Shown: positions 26,270 through 38,940 of the stretch, in pieces
Layout of the letters: each line of letters starts with the position of its first letter
How positions within the stretch are numbered: position 1 is the stretch's first letter
Origin: Felis catus
Taxonomy: Eukaryota
Direction of reading: 5' to 3'
Assembly: GCF_018350175.1 (NCBI RefSeq)
Contig: NC_058368.1
Span: 211,670,001-211,734,000, forward strand
Length of the DNA stretch: 64,000 nucleotides
Notes under the pieces: generated by a model
What the model saw: only the letters and a program-made list of their open reading frames with translations
Told to the model about the DNA's origin: nothing
The model's database searches: none
Position numbers and translations under genes: made by a program

Positions 26270-28669
26270 AGAATTTCCATGTTAGAAGAGCAGTGTTTGT
26301 CTTCATTACCTTCACGACAGTTGATTCTACTAGGTGACAGTGCTCCAGAGACCGCTAAAGAGAGAAGAGCACCTTAAGAGTTGTGACAGCTAATTCAAGA
26401 AAGCATTTGGAGCAGAAGATGACATCATGGAGCTCCTAGCAGGAAGAGTTTACAAAACCCAGAAAATGCCCTTGAGCCCAAAAGAAAAGGAGTCTAATCT
26501 ACAAGTCATTGCTTTCAAAATCTTTTTTCCAACTTCTTCTTTCTTCCTTCTCTCTCTTCTCCCCCTCTCTTGGCTTCTGGGAAGAGGGAAGGTGACCTGG
26601 AAGAGGACACCTAACATTTGAATCAGAGACACTGGGTCTGACGTGTGGGATTCACACGGTTCTGGCTGACGGTCCCCTGGCCCGTGTCCACTGGCCAAGG
26701 CGAATGGGAGGCTGGAAAAAGGCTGTAAAGATGGGGAAGGAAGAGGGGTGGTTTGGAGGTGCTGTCTCCCTGCCAGGCTGGCAGCTGGGAGGGTGTGGGA
26801 GGTGGAGCCCTCTCCAGTGCCGCTGCCAGGCCTCACCTTTGGTGGGTCTTTGGCAGTTCTTGAGTCCCGGCTTTCTCTTCTGCATGGGCCTCCTGAGACA
26901 AGAGGAATGTTGTTGGTGAAGAAGCAGTTGCTGAGGTAGACAGACACGTGGACGCAGTGCACATCCGTAGAGTGGGCGATGTAAGAGTCAACTGTCTTTG
27001 TCCTTTCTCTCCTTCTCCCCTCCCCCATTTGTTGTCGTTGTTTTGGCCTCTCCCGTGCGGCTCTGGCCCAGGAGTCCCACCAGAGTCTGTGTTGCGTCTC
27101 AGTCGTGAGATTTCCTGGCTCATTTCAGCTCTCTGAGCCCTAACTTCATAACCTCGAAAGGGAGAGAACCACATCTTGACTGCTCCATAAAGGCTTTGTT
27201 AGGGATAAGCTGAGATAACATATTTGAATGAGGTCATATATTTTTTAAATGCTTTGTAAGCTGCAAAGTGCTGTAGCGGTTTAGGTATTAGATTTGAATT
27301 CGCCTCAGATCAAAGTTAGTTCCTACCTGTACCAGCCTTTAGAGTTTTGTGCTTACAGACCTCCCCAGGTGGGGACCGATGTGTCCTAGTCTACATGGAG
27401 ATGCCTGATGCCCGCGATGCCATCATTAGGGAATCGTAGCCTTGAGAGTAAAATAGTGCTTCTGAAAATAATATTAAGGGAAAACGTTTCTTGAGGGTGG
27501 GGTGGATGATAATCAGGAAAAGGCCTCCAGCAGCGCACATAATTTGCTTGGCTGTTATATGATGTTACACTGGTTTCTTTCTCTGTGGGACTCCTTGGAA
27601 CCATGAACAGGCTAAACCATGCCATATAAAGAAGGGGTTTTAGTCTTGAGTGTTTCCCCAAATTATTTGACGAGCGACCCCATTCATACTTTTTGCAATT
27701 AGAAATACCTTTTAGAATTCCTATTGGTGTGAAATACAGGTTTGGGATTTGTTGTTTTCATTAGTTTACTAGACAATTTCTAGAGCACTAGCAGCTGAGG
27801 ACACCAATCCAAGGAAGGAAGACGGACGGTATCGGTCGAAGGGGCAGTTTGTCGAGGGAGTGAGATGGGTGAGTCCTGGCCAGGCCTGCCTGACTCGGGG
27901 AAAGCCCTGGGACCCTCGGGGGCTACAGGAGGGCTCCGTGGGACCAACCTGGAGATGCCGAGGAAAGAGAAGACACCCAGAGCAGTGATTTCCTTACGCC
28001 ATTTCAGTTCACCTTCTCAACAACTTTCCGAAGAAGACACTATTCTGGTCATGTTTTTGATCAGCAAGCAGAGGTTGGAAGGGTTCTATTAGCTGCCCAC
28101 GGTTACACAGTTTGTCACTCGTGGAAATGGGATTTGAATCCAGGTCAGACTGCTCCAAAGCCCGTTCTCCTTCCACAATAATACTCAGCCCCTCCAAGAT
28201 GTGGGAAGGCGAAGTAAGCAAGCTTCGCTTATCTTACAAATACGCGGTAATGGCTGTGCAGGGGCAGCTGTCACGATCACTGAAGGCCATAGTCAGGTTC
28301 AGGAAACATGGGCCTCCAAATTCCTCTTGGGGGAAAAAAATTCTCTTATTCTGGCCTGTGCCGTTTAAACTCAGGAAAAGCCGAAAGGGAGCTGGGTGGA
28401 GTTGACTCCATAAAAATCACTACCTTTATGGTTAAAGATTTATTAAGTGACCATAATGTGCTGGGCATATAAATAGACTTGACTCTTGCCCTTAGGGAAC
28501 CCAGAGGAAATACACAAGATTTACAGCCAGGGTGTTTCATGGCAGATTAGATGTTTTAGGACCATACGCATTCCAGGATCCTACCCAGCAGAGCTGAAAA
28601 ATGTGCGCGGGGAGGAAGTTTGAAATGGAAGACGTTTGTGTGAGCCTTGCAGTCCCTTCTATCTGGGCC

Positions 28670-28830
28670 CCTTTACTTTTGCTAGCTGTGTGACGTAGGC
28701 AAGTTTCTTGACTTCTCTGAGCCTCAGCTTCCTTTTCCACCAAATGAAGATGATAATACTTGCCTCTAGAATTAATATGGAAGTATAAATTCAACACTGT
28801 AGGGGAAATGCCAGGCACATGATAGCTACG
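28670..28830 (+). mobile_element. MIR
   Basis: CTAGCTGTGTGACGTAGGCAAGTTTCTTGACTTCTCTGAGCCTCAGCTTCC core. Confidence 0.75.
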
Positions 28831-29711
28831 GTATTAAAGTTTCCCAGCTGTCCACAGGATGACGTCTAAGCTCTGCTCCCTGGTACGTAAGGACTTCCAT
28901 AGCTTGGCCACTACTTCTCTCTCTGCCTCTGTCCCCTCACTAACTGGCCAACATCTGTGGGCACTTATTTCAGGATGACCTATCAAAGCCCTAGTTTCCT
29001 TCATGGTTTAGAACAGTTTGCAAAGTGTGTCTATTGGCCCTGGGGGATCGCTAAGACTCTTTCGCAGGGTCCTGAGGTCAAAATTACTTTCATAGTAATG
29101 CTAAGATGCTGATTGCCTTTTTCACTGTATGAACATCCTCCCTGATGGTGCAAAAGCACTGGTGAGTCAAAATGAAAGAGTAATTGTTGTGTGTCCTCAC
29201 CATCTGCTTGTAGGGAAAAAAAAGTTTCATATAAAAATGTTCTTCATGAAACAAAAATTATTGATTTTATTTAATGTCGACCGTTGAGTACACATCTTTT
29301 TAACATTCCGTGTGATGAAGTAGGAACTATGCAGAAAGAATTTCTGCTGCTTATTGATATTCAGCGATGGTCTGGAGGAAAGATGTTTGTACCACTGAAC
29401 TATGATTTGAGTTGTCACGTTTTTCATGGAACAGCTTTTTTATTTGAAAGAATAACTGGTGGGCAAATTCTATTTATCCAGATTTGGAGATTCAGCTAAC
29501 ATTTTTCTCAGAAATGAACTGTATCTGTCACTTCAAGGAAAACAACTGGCCATATATGCTGCTAAAGACAAAATTTGAGCTTTCCAGCACAAATTAGAAT
29601 TTTGGAAAAGTTAATGATATTGCAAACTTGACAGATTCCTATTAAAAACTTTTTTGAGGAGATCTATGGTAATTTTTAATAAATGTGATTTTTAAAAAAC
29701 ATTTAATTAAA

Positions 29712-29878
29712 GGGGCGCCTAGGTGGTTCAGTCGGTTGAGCATCCGACGTCGGCTCAGGTCATGATCTCACAGTCTGTGAGTTCGAGCCCCACATTGGGC
29801 TCTGTGCTGACAGCTCAGAGCCTGGAGCCAGCTTTGGATTCCGTGTCTCCCTCTCTCTCTGCCCCTCCCCCGTTCATG

Positions 29879-29930
<52 letters not shown>

Positions 29931-29964
29931 CAAAAATAAATAAACATTAAAAAAAATTAAAAAG
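29712..29964 (+). mobile_element. Can-SINE
   Basis: TSD AAACATTTAATTAAA; long (CT)n. Confidence 0.96.
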
Positions 29965-29983
29965 AAACATTTAATTAAAAAAA

Positions 29984-30182
29984 TTTTAACATTTATTTAT
30001 TTTTGAGAGACAGAGCATGAGTGGGGGAGGGGCAGAGAGAGAGAGGGAGACACAGAATCGGAAGCAGGCTCCAGGCTCTGAGCTTCAGCCCAAAACCTGA
30101 TCAGGGCACAAACCCACCATCTGAGAGATCAGGACCTAAGCCGAAGTTGGCCACTTAACCAACTGAGACACCCAGGTGCCCC
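29984..30182 (-). mobile_element. Can-SINE
   Basis: Reverse SINE ending ...CACCCAGGTGCCCC. Confidence 0.93.
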
Positions 30183-30953
30183 TAAAAGATCCATTTTAAA
30201 GGACATGTAAACCAATGGGTTTTATTATCAGACAGGATAAACACTCATTGATTCAGATTCCACACTGCACCTAAACCTTTAAGAAATTACTACTTGTTGA
30301 GACGTGGTGCTTTATCAAAGGAAAAAAAATACCCATAATTATTGTGAAAAGGCTATACTTCTCCTTTTTCCAACTGTATATGTGTATAAGGCTGGATTTT
30401 ATTCATATATTTCAACACAAACAAACATGTCCCAACAGACTGAATACAGAAGCAGATATGAGGACCCAGCTGTCTTTTATTAAACCAGACGTTAAAGAGA
30501 GTTGAAAAATGTTAATAGAGTTGAAAAATGTTAATACCATTCTTATCACTAGTTTTTTTTTTGTTTTAGAGAATAGTTATTTTCACAAAAATACGTTCTT
30601 TATGTTACCATGTAATTGGGTTTAATATTGCTATTTTAAAATTATTTGATAAATGAATATTTTTTTAAATTTTTGTTTTAGTTTCTAATCGGGTAAATAA
30701 CTATATATAGAACCCACACAAATAAGAGCTCTTTGATGCCTTTAATAATTCTTAAGCATATAAAGAATTTCTGAAGCCAAAAAGTGAGCACCACTGGCTT
30801 AAAGGTAAAAGTTCCCCCAAATTCAGGAAAATGTCCAGCCATTCAATTAGAGTGAGCAAACTTTTCTTGAATTCCTGTAGACTTTAAGTATGTATTTCTC
30901 ATCTGTCACCTGGCATTATCTTGTCATTCTCTGTCTTAATATACGCTTTTAAA

Positions 30954-31178
30954 GGGGCGCCTGGGTGGCCCAGTCGGTTAAGCGTCCGACTTCAGCCAGG
31001 TCACGATCTCGCGGTCCGTGAGTTCGAGCCCCGCATCGGGCTCTGGGCTGATGGCTCGGAGCCTGGAGCCTGTTTCCGATTCTGTGTCTCCCTCTCTCTC
31101 TGCCCCTCCCCCGTTCATGCTCTGTCTCTCTCTGTCCCAAAAATAAATAAACGTTGAAAAAAAAATTAAAAAATATAT
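30954..31178 (+). mobile_element. Very young Can-SINE
   Basis: CpGs retained; TSD ATATACGCTTTTAAA. Confidence 0.97.
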
Positions 31179-31763
31179 ATATACGCTTTTAAAAATTCAT
31201 AATGTGTCCTGTTCCTCACAGGCCAGAATTCTGTCGTGTTGCCTTTGGGGGAGAAAGTGAGGGTTGTTCGCAATACATAAGGGGTAGGCTATATTGAAAC
31301 TCCCTATTGTACTCGAATCATTTAGACACGCTGTTGCAAATCGAGCAGAACCTCGCTAACTTACAAATATGGGTGTGGCAGTAGACTCAGTGAAAAATCA
31401 GAATTCCAACTATATTAATTTATCTTAATTTATATTTATATAGTTTATGTTTTTAATACTTTTACTTAAGGCAAAAACTAGTGCACAGTCATTGCAGAAA
31501 ATTTGTTAATTACTCAGAGCAAATAAAATAAAATGTATCTGCAGAATAAATAGTACCTAGGTGTTTTCTAGCCTTTGAAAGATTTAAAAAATACCTGCCA
31601 TGTCGCAATGTGGAGATAATGGTGATCGGTATTTAGATCTATCACCTTCAAGGACATATAGCATCCATATAAAGCAAGAGTTTTACAGAGAATTGTGGTC
31701 CCACTTTATATAAAGTTTTGTATCCATTTTTTGACCTCAAATGCTCTTTGAAAACATTATTTT

Positions 31764-31967
31764 GGGGCGACTGGGTGGCTCAATCAGTTAAGTGTCCGAC
31801 TTCAGCTCAGGTCATGATCTCATGCTTTGTGGATTCGAGCCCCATGTCGGGCTCTGTGCTGACAGCTTGGAGCCTGGAGCCTGCTTCGGATTCTGTGTCT
31901 CCCTCTTTCTCTGACTCTCTCTCTCTCTCTCAAAAATAAAAATAAACATTAAAAAAAAAATTTTAAA
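31764..31967 (+). mobile_element. Can-SINE
   Basis: TSD GAAA(A/G)CATTATTTT. Confidence 0.94.
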
Positions 31968-32378
31968 GAAAGCATTATTTTTAGTGTCAATAATGCACAT
32001 TTGGGCTGTTTCTGGTGCTTTTATCAATAATGCTATCATGAACATGCTTAAAGGGAAACAAATTGCTGATTTGTCCAGGATTGATTCCTGGAAATGGGAT
32101 TGCTGCATCAACGGGAATTCCAAAATGCAGCTCCAAAATTTAAAATTACATAACTTGAAGCGTGATGATGTGTTATGGTCAACCAACAGTGATAGCACGG
32201 GAAGTAGGAGGTCAGGGGGAGCCCTGCATTGCAGAGAGCCGGCTTCTTACACATTTCAGATCCCCAGCCCTTCTGTGTTCTCAGGTGCTTGTGGTAGTGA
32301 TGCTGTGGAGTCCCCTCTGAGGGGACACAGCTGTCAGGGAGCTTAGTACAAGCCCCAGAAACCAAGCCTGGATAATTT

Positions 32379-32592
32379 TTTTTTTCCCACGTTATTTATT
32401 TATTTTTGGGACAGAGAGAGACAGAGCATGAACGGGGGAGGGGCAGAGAGAGAGGGAGACACAGAATCGGAAACAGGCTCCAGGCTCCGAGCCATCAGCC
32501 CAGAGCCTGACGCGGGGCTCGAACTCACGGACCGCGAGATCGTGACCTGGCTGAAGTCGGACGCTTAACCGACTGCGCCACCCAGGCGCCCC
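32379..32592 (-). mobile_element. Very young Can-SINE
   Basis: Perfect TSD AAGCCTGGATAATTT; CpGs retained. Confidence 0.97.
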
Positions 32593-33395
32593 AAGCCTGG
32601 ATAATTTAAGCAGAGCAAAATGTATTAAAATATTGGGCCACTCTTGTAATTTTCAGGAGCAGCAGAGAGCTGAGCTAGAGGCCATGTGGCCAGGTAAACC
32701 TCCCAAATCACAGCAGATCTGGTCCTAAAAAGACTCTACTGCTTGTACCACTTCGTCATTGTGACAGTCCCTAGAGTTCACCCTCAGGGCTGCCTCCCCA
32801 AGGATTAGGCTGGATGCCAGGGCTGACATCCCTGCTCCTAAGTCACAGCTCAGCATGGATGCTTGTGGCTGGCAGGGCCTTGTAATTGTCCTCATTCAAG
32901 CTGCAAGGGAGGCTAGGAAATTGCGACTCTGATGTTGGAAAGTGGTGCCTGCTTCCCGCCAAGACGTATCAAGAGGGGCAGCCCTTAATATTGAAGAACA
33001 CTTCAGAAGGTGAGCTGCCAAGAAAGAGTCACACATGCTTACCATAGACAGTAACAATGATTGTTGAGTGCCTGGGAATGTAGGACCTGTTCTAGGATAT
33101 GTGACTCTGAGGGACCTTTCTGTTTACTACAGAGGAGCAGCCAGGTCTGATTTGTCATCATTGTCTAGTGCCTAGGATGGCATTTCTTGAATGAATGAAT
33201 GAATGAATGAATGCATGCGTGAATATTCAGACACCGCTGGTGGAAATCGGTGCTATCCACCACCAAGGATGCTAGCACTACATTCACTCTGTTTCAGTGG
33301 ATGCTGTCTCTGGCCGTGGAATAGAGAGGGTCAGGCTAGAGACACCCACTATTCTATGGTCTTCTTCACCTTCTCTCCCTCCCATTTTTGGGGGA

Positions 33396-33753
33396 TGCTA
33401 AAAGATAAACTGAGGCATATTAAAATTCTTTAAGAGTTTGTCTGAGCGAACATCAATTCCAATCTGTGGTACCAAACTGGAAGTGTTTAGGGGGATCTCC
33501 ACCCACAGAAGTGAGGGGCAAGACTTTTATAACAGAAGACTCAGGGGTGAATCAGGAAATGTTTGATTGACTATAGCTTAAGGAGTTGCTTTATTTGGGA
33601 AAGCCTCGTTCGTTGTTTGTGATTGGGTGTCTTTAGATTTTGATTTCTTAACCTTGAGGCATTTATAGACTTAAGTTTCAGTCTGCTTGCGTCGGCTGCT
33701 AAGACATTAGTTACCTCAATCTAATGGCCTCCTTGTTTTTAATTAATTTAACA
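33396..33753. mobile_element. Solo LTR (ERV-type), family not assigned
   Basis: TGCTA...TAACA termini flanked by direct repeat GGGGA (33391-33395 / 33754-33758); internal TTTTATA and GATTG motifs suggest minus-strand TATA/CAAT elements. Confidence 0.65.
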
Positions 33754-33814
33754 GGGGAAATTGTCCAGGCCACACTGTCTCTTTTTAATTCTCCAAAAGT
33801 GTAGAGAGTGTTAA

Positions 33815-34026
33815 TTTTTTAAAATTTTTAATGTTTATTTATTTTTGAGAGAGAGACAGTATGCAAGCAAGGGAGGGGCAGAGCGAGGGGGAGACACAGA
33901 ATTTAAAGCAGGCTCCAGGCCCTGAGCTGTCAACACAGAGTCCAATGTGGGGTTCAAACCCACAAACCGTGAGATCATGACCTGAGCCCAAGTCGTATGC
34001 TTAACTGACTGAGCCACCAGGCGTCT
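33815..34026 (-). mobile_element. Can-SINE
   Basis: Reverse SINE, degenerate TSD GAGAG..TTA.TTTT. Confidence 0.92.
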
Positions 34027-35148
34027 TGAGAGCATTATTTTTAAGTACATACTCTCACATGATGAGGAACGATCATTTCCAGATTAAAAAAAAAAAAAAA
34101 AAAGTCAACAGGTCTGAACAGCCAGGACACCTCCATAGAAATAGGAAACTCTGACAAAGAATGTTGTTTAGACAGAGAGGTTGCAGATGAGAGCAAGGGC
34201 ATTCTGGATATATATTTCTGGCTATATTATCCTCTCCCCCTTTTATACCACTCCACTACTGCATACTCTTTAGAAATAAAATAATTTTTAAGGTTGAAGA
34301 GTTGGTTGTATAAGTTTACAGATGGGAGAAGGGTTTGAATGAATAAATAGCTGATTCTGAGTCATCTTGATTTTCCAAGTCTGATTTCCATTATTAGAAA
34401 ATGGGAACTCATAACAGATGATGTCATCTGTTGATACCAGCAAAGCATGAGACAGTAGAGACTCTGCCTTGCTTCATTACCGCTCCTGCCAAGCGTTGAG
34501 GCAGACCTGAGGAGATAGATGGCTTGGGATGCTTTCAGCAAGGGACCACCTGAATGTCAGAGCTTGTGTTCTAGGACCCCGAAGGCTAGCCCCTTTAAAG
34601 ACACCTATGCCTTTATCCTATTCGGCATCTGTTTTGTTTTGTGTTTCTTTCCTAAATAGATCACTTCTAGCTGTAGATATCACAAATACAAATTACAGTT
34701 CATTCACACATCTGAGATGCCATATGCTAACACACAGCAGTGCTTGAAGTTAAAAAAGCAAGGAAGTAAAAAACTTCCTTCTTTGGCTCACCGTGACGCC
34801 CACTGAATCTCACCCAGTAGGACTGTTGGGACTGAAGAAGAGCTTGCGCAATACAGACGCTTCTCCAATCCCATATGGAGTTGATATTTTCTCCTAGGGC
34901 GCTACCTCTCACTACTCTGCGGGTATTAACTGCTCTGCCTTCCCCCAGATTTTTCAAGTAATTGGTTGCTCACTGCAAGCAAACCCAGCCACCTTAGAGG
35001 TACTACATGCAGTATCCTCCTCAGTCTATCTTGTAGGGTTTGACTTGTCGCCAATTGCACTCTTCCTGGAAACTGGCAGATAGGTCATGTCTCTTTCCAG
35101 TGTTGAACATGTAGATGCTCAGGGCTTGGAGTTAAAAATCCAAGTAGT

Positions 35149-35221
35149 GGATTGCCTGGATAGCTCAGTCAGTTAAGCGTCTGACTCTGGGTTTCAGCTT
35201 GGGTCATGATCTCGAAGTTTG
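35149..35221 (+). mobile_element. Can-SINE head only (3' part missing)
   Basis: GCCTGGATAGCTCAGTCAGTTAAGCGTCTGACTCTGGGTTTCAGCTTGGGTCATGATCTC, then unrelated sequence. Confidence 0.8.
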
Positions 35222-35294
35222 GAGGGGCTGTAGTATGTATTAATAACTGCATGTGGTTCATAGGGCTGAATGCATTTCAACTCAGGAACAGTGA

Positions 35295-35800
35295 TGACCA
35301 TTTGGGGAGCGTGTGCCATGCACCAGGCGCACCCCAGTCCACACCCTGCACGTATGATCAGTTCTCACAGCAGCAACACGAGGAAGAGAATATTATCACT
35401 CCTGTTTTAGAGATGGGGAAACTGAGACATCAGCTAGATCAGGTAACTTGCCCAAGATGGCGTTTAGTACAAGGCAAAGCCACGATATGAGCCATGGCTG
35501 TCCCACTTCAAAGCCCATGTTCCTCAAAACAATAATGTCAGCAGCAATATTAAGACAGAAAACACTTTTAGAGCATACCAGGCACCAGCCTGAGGATACT
35601 ATGTCCTGAGTATTCTGTGTAAATCAACTCCTCTGATTTTCACAACAATAGCCGCGAAAGTGCTAATATTAACCCAGCTTTTACAGATGAGGAAATTGAA
35701 ACAGAGCTATTAAGGAACTCCTTCAAGGTCACACAGCTCATTTGTGGCAGAGCTGGGGTTTGAACCTAGGCTTCAGAGTATGTACTATTAACCACATGCT
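35295..35800 (-). mobile_element. Two tandem MIR copies
   Basis: TTTTAGAGATGGGGAAACTGAG...AACTTGCCCAAG and TTTTACAGATGAGGAAATTGAA...CAAGGTCACACAGCT...GCAGAGCTGGGGTTTGAACC cores. Confidence 0.8.
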
Positions 35801-36744
35801 GTTTGGGGAGCATTTCCCTGGATTTAGTTGCAGATTATGATAAAGCTGTACCTTCTCATCCACGGCAGGAAGGAGAATGCAGCCTCCTTTCTAGAGTCCT
35901 TTTGGTCTGATTCTGCTGCACTCCACGGTTCTGAGTAATGCTATCAGCACCTGCATGGATGTTTCTGCTCCTCCCACGCACAGATGGCTTTTGTGGGTGG
36001 TCCAAGTGGTCTAAACCATTTCCTGAATATTTCTGAGAAAGTAAGAAGTGTGGTTTGTCTTTAAATGGAGGTACTTCCACAGGGAGGATCAATGGTCCTA
36101 AGTCTAAGAGTTTTGCAGGGGCGACTATACAAGTCGCTGGAGTCTAAAGTGCCACAGAGTCTAGGAGTAGATACCACATGAATTCCCTGGGACTGCAGCA
36201 CATCCCCTCTCTTAGTCTCCCTGATGACCACACAGGGTGTGTGTGACCAGCTGGGCCAAGCTGAACCTTCCTCAGGGATTTTCCTGCCTGCTACTGATAG
36301 AAAAGTAGTGAATTTTGTCTCTGGTTTCCCAGAGCCCTCAGGAGTGACCTGAAGCCACGCTCCCTGCATGTGGGTGGAAGAGAATGATCTGGCAACAGAG
36401 CAGGCAGATGGAGAGAGGGTCCTGGTGGCCTGGACACCAGGCTTCCTCTACCACTTTCCTGTCCCTCCTGGTTGTGGGAGACGACACCTCCCTCTTTCTC
36501 TGAGTTCTGTGAAGTTGGGTTTGCCATTGCAGTTGACTGGAAACCATCTGATAGGACTTAAATTACTTAATCATTGAAAAGATGTATCGGCTTTGAATCC
36601 TATGTCTCTTTCCACCTGTACTCCGGCTCCATGGTGTGCACTGACTTTGAGGATAGTTTGTAGTGATGTTGCAGTGGCCTCACTTGAGTAGCAACACATC
36701 TGTGGCCACCCCTGCAGTATGCCGCTGATTTGCCACTTCTCAAC

Positions 36745-37179
36745 TGTTCTGGTGTCCTGAGGCTGCCACAACAAAGGACCACAAACTGAGGGGCTCAAAC
36801 AATAGAAATTTATTATAATGCCGGGGGCTAGTAGTCTAACATCAAGGTCAGCAGAGTTGGTTCTCTCCGAGGGCTGTAGGTAGAATCTGTTGTTCTCCTT
36901 TCTCTGGCTTTTTTCTGGTAGTTTGTCCCCAATCTTTAGTGTTTCTTGGCATGTAGACGCACCACCCCAATCTCTGCGTCTGTCTTCACATGATATCCTC
37001 CCGTGCCCATCTGTCTCCAAAGTTCCTCTTTTTATAAGGGCACCCATTATATTGAGACCCACCCTAATGACTTACTCGATCTGCAATCACTCTATTTTCA
37101 AGTGAGGTCATATTCTGAATGTCCTGGGGATTAGGGCTTCAACACATGAATTTTGAGGGAACACAACCCAACCCCTACC
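36745..37179 (-). mobile_element. MLT1C-like solo LTR
   Basis: GGCTGCCACAACAAAGGACCACAAACTG...ATCAAGGTCAGCAGAGTTGG...TTAGGGCTTCAACACATGAATTTTGAGGGAACACAA. Confidence 0.82.
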
Positions 37180-37941
37180 GCTAACGAATCAAGCAGGGGG
37201 CTAAAGAACAGCATGCTGTCCCCTGTTCACCCAACTGGGAGCTGTGGGAAGTAGATACACAGAGGCCACTGACTCCAGATTTGCATTTCGCTTTTATGAG
37301 TTCCTCTCACTTGGTGGCCTTGGGCAAGTAAGTCATTTAACCTTTCTGGGTTTGAAAGATGAGCAGAGTGGGGTAGATTGGTGGTTTGGGAAACCATGTT
37401 TCCTGGAGCCACTGGGGCTTGTTTTGGTTGGGGGTTTGGGGGTGAAGGTTGCAGCTGTTTGACACTCCACACTCCCTTCACCCAGTGGTAGGCCGGGTGG
37501 TCCACCTGGGCACAGAGTAGTGTTCTGTTGCTGATATTGTTTAAAGCACGTAGAGATGACACAATACAGACTGACTTTAGTTGGCTTTATTGTCCTTTCA
37601 TTCTCTAAACACAGTGTATTCTTCTATTGCCTATCTCCTGGGTGGACAATTCAGGCACACTGATCCCACTGATTCCCACCTTTATACACGCTGCTTTGCC
37701 TAAAGTGGGTTCTGTTTGTATCTGTTTTAATCCGTTTTATGCATAAGGATTCCAAGAAAAATTTGAAAATAGAAATTTGCTTCAATAGAGGGTTCTGCTA
37801 AAAAAATTATTTTTAGTCCAGAAAACACCTAAAGGATCTCTCCATTTCCTCCCAGCTCCAAGATTCTAAGTACGTCTATAAAAGCGGTTTCAATCTTTTT
37901 AAGAATTTTCATTCTCTACCTGTCAGAAGGTTACCTTGATT

Positions 37942-38132
37942 GAGGCATCTGAGTGGCTCAGTCGGTTAAGCGACTGACTCTTGATTTTGGCTCAGGTCAT
38001 GACCTCATGGTTTGTGGGATCAATCCCCGAGTAGGGGCTGCTTGGGATTCTCTCTCTCCCTCTTTCTCTTTGCCTGTTCTGACTCTGTCTCTTTCTCTCT
38101 GTCTCTCAAAATATATAAACATTAAAAAATAA
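37942..38132 (+). mobile_element. Can-SINE (older)
   Basis: GTGGCTCAGTCGGTTAAGC...GGCTCAGGTCATGACCTC, (CT)n, A tail. Confidence 0.9.
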
Positions 38133-38749
38133 AGTTAATTTTATTAATTAATAATTAACTAGGTTAATTATTAATTAATCTTCTTGCCCCCCGAATCATT
38201 TAACTATGGCAAATATTTTTCATTTTCACTGAGCCTGGGCTCCAGATGGAAGAGTCGTGAGCCGCCGGGCAGATGCCACATCTTATTGGAGGTGAGACAG
38301 GAGAATGGCTGGCTCCATGAAGGAGTGACTTTAATCTGCAGAAATGTCTTTTCTCTTAACTCTCTCATTTACATAACCTGGAATGTCTTACCTAGGTAAT
38401 TGCTGCTGAGGAGGAAGATCTTTTCGGTATGCCTGCATCTGAGGTGATGGGCTTTGCCAGCCAGCAAAAATACCAGTCAGTAGGTATCATGGAGTCCTGT
38501 ACAGCTGTGGTACCAGACCCACTTTGTTGGTGGGCCAGTGGGCCTCCACCTGGTGGCCCCTTCTGGAAGGTTCCGTCTCACAGGGGCAGTAGTCATCCCC
38601 TTTCCTCCTCATGCCCTAGCATCCTATGCTGCCCCTTCCTATAGCATAGAACCACCACCCTGCTGAGGCTTTCTCTCATCTACTGTTGCTCTCATTTTGG
38701 AAAAGAATAAGAATATCTTGATATATGAAAATAATCACTAATGCTAATT

Positions 38750-38940
38750 TGGTACTTACCCTGTGCCAGGCACTGTTCCAGGTGCTTTACCTATACTCAC
38801 CTGTCTGAGCCTCTTAACACCCCACCATCTCCCCGCCTTACCAGTGAGGAAACAGGCACAGAGGGGTTAAGTGAGGGGCTTCTGTGAGGAAGTGGCACAG
38901 TCAGCGTCTGAATGCAGACAGCCCGTGCTGTGAGCCACCG
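38750..38940 (-). mobile_element. MIR
   Basis: TACTTACCCTGTGCCAGGCACTGTTCC...TGAGGAAACAGGCACAGAGGGGTTAAGTGA. Confidence 0.75.

Larger units (their letters stand above)
29016..30797 (+). mobile_element. Charlie1-type hAT DNA transposon remnant, interrupted by two SINEs
   Basis: GAGGTCAAAATTACTTTCATAGTAATGCTAAGATG, TTGAGTACACATCTTTTTAACATTCCGTGTGATGAA (decayed transposase), AGAAGCAGATATGAGGACCCAGCTGTCTTTTATTAAACCAGAC; CAGT...ACTG-like ends. Confidence 0.75.

Noticed and set aside
26450..27028. 192-aa minus ORF (also the 195-aa ORF at 47149-47736 and the 174-aa ORF at 39605-40129)
   Set aside because: No recognisable domain; composition is consistent with chance ORFs in GC-richer non-coding DNA.
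30498..30535. 19-bp perfect tandem duplication (and a 20-bp one at 55495-55534)
   Set aside because: Ordinary slippage-type micro-duplications.
29016..30797. Functional or domesticated hAT transposase
   Set aside because: Heavily decayed, no long ORF, interrupted by two SINEs.
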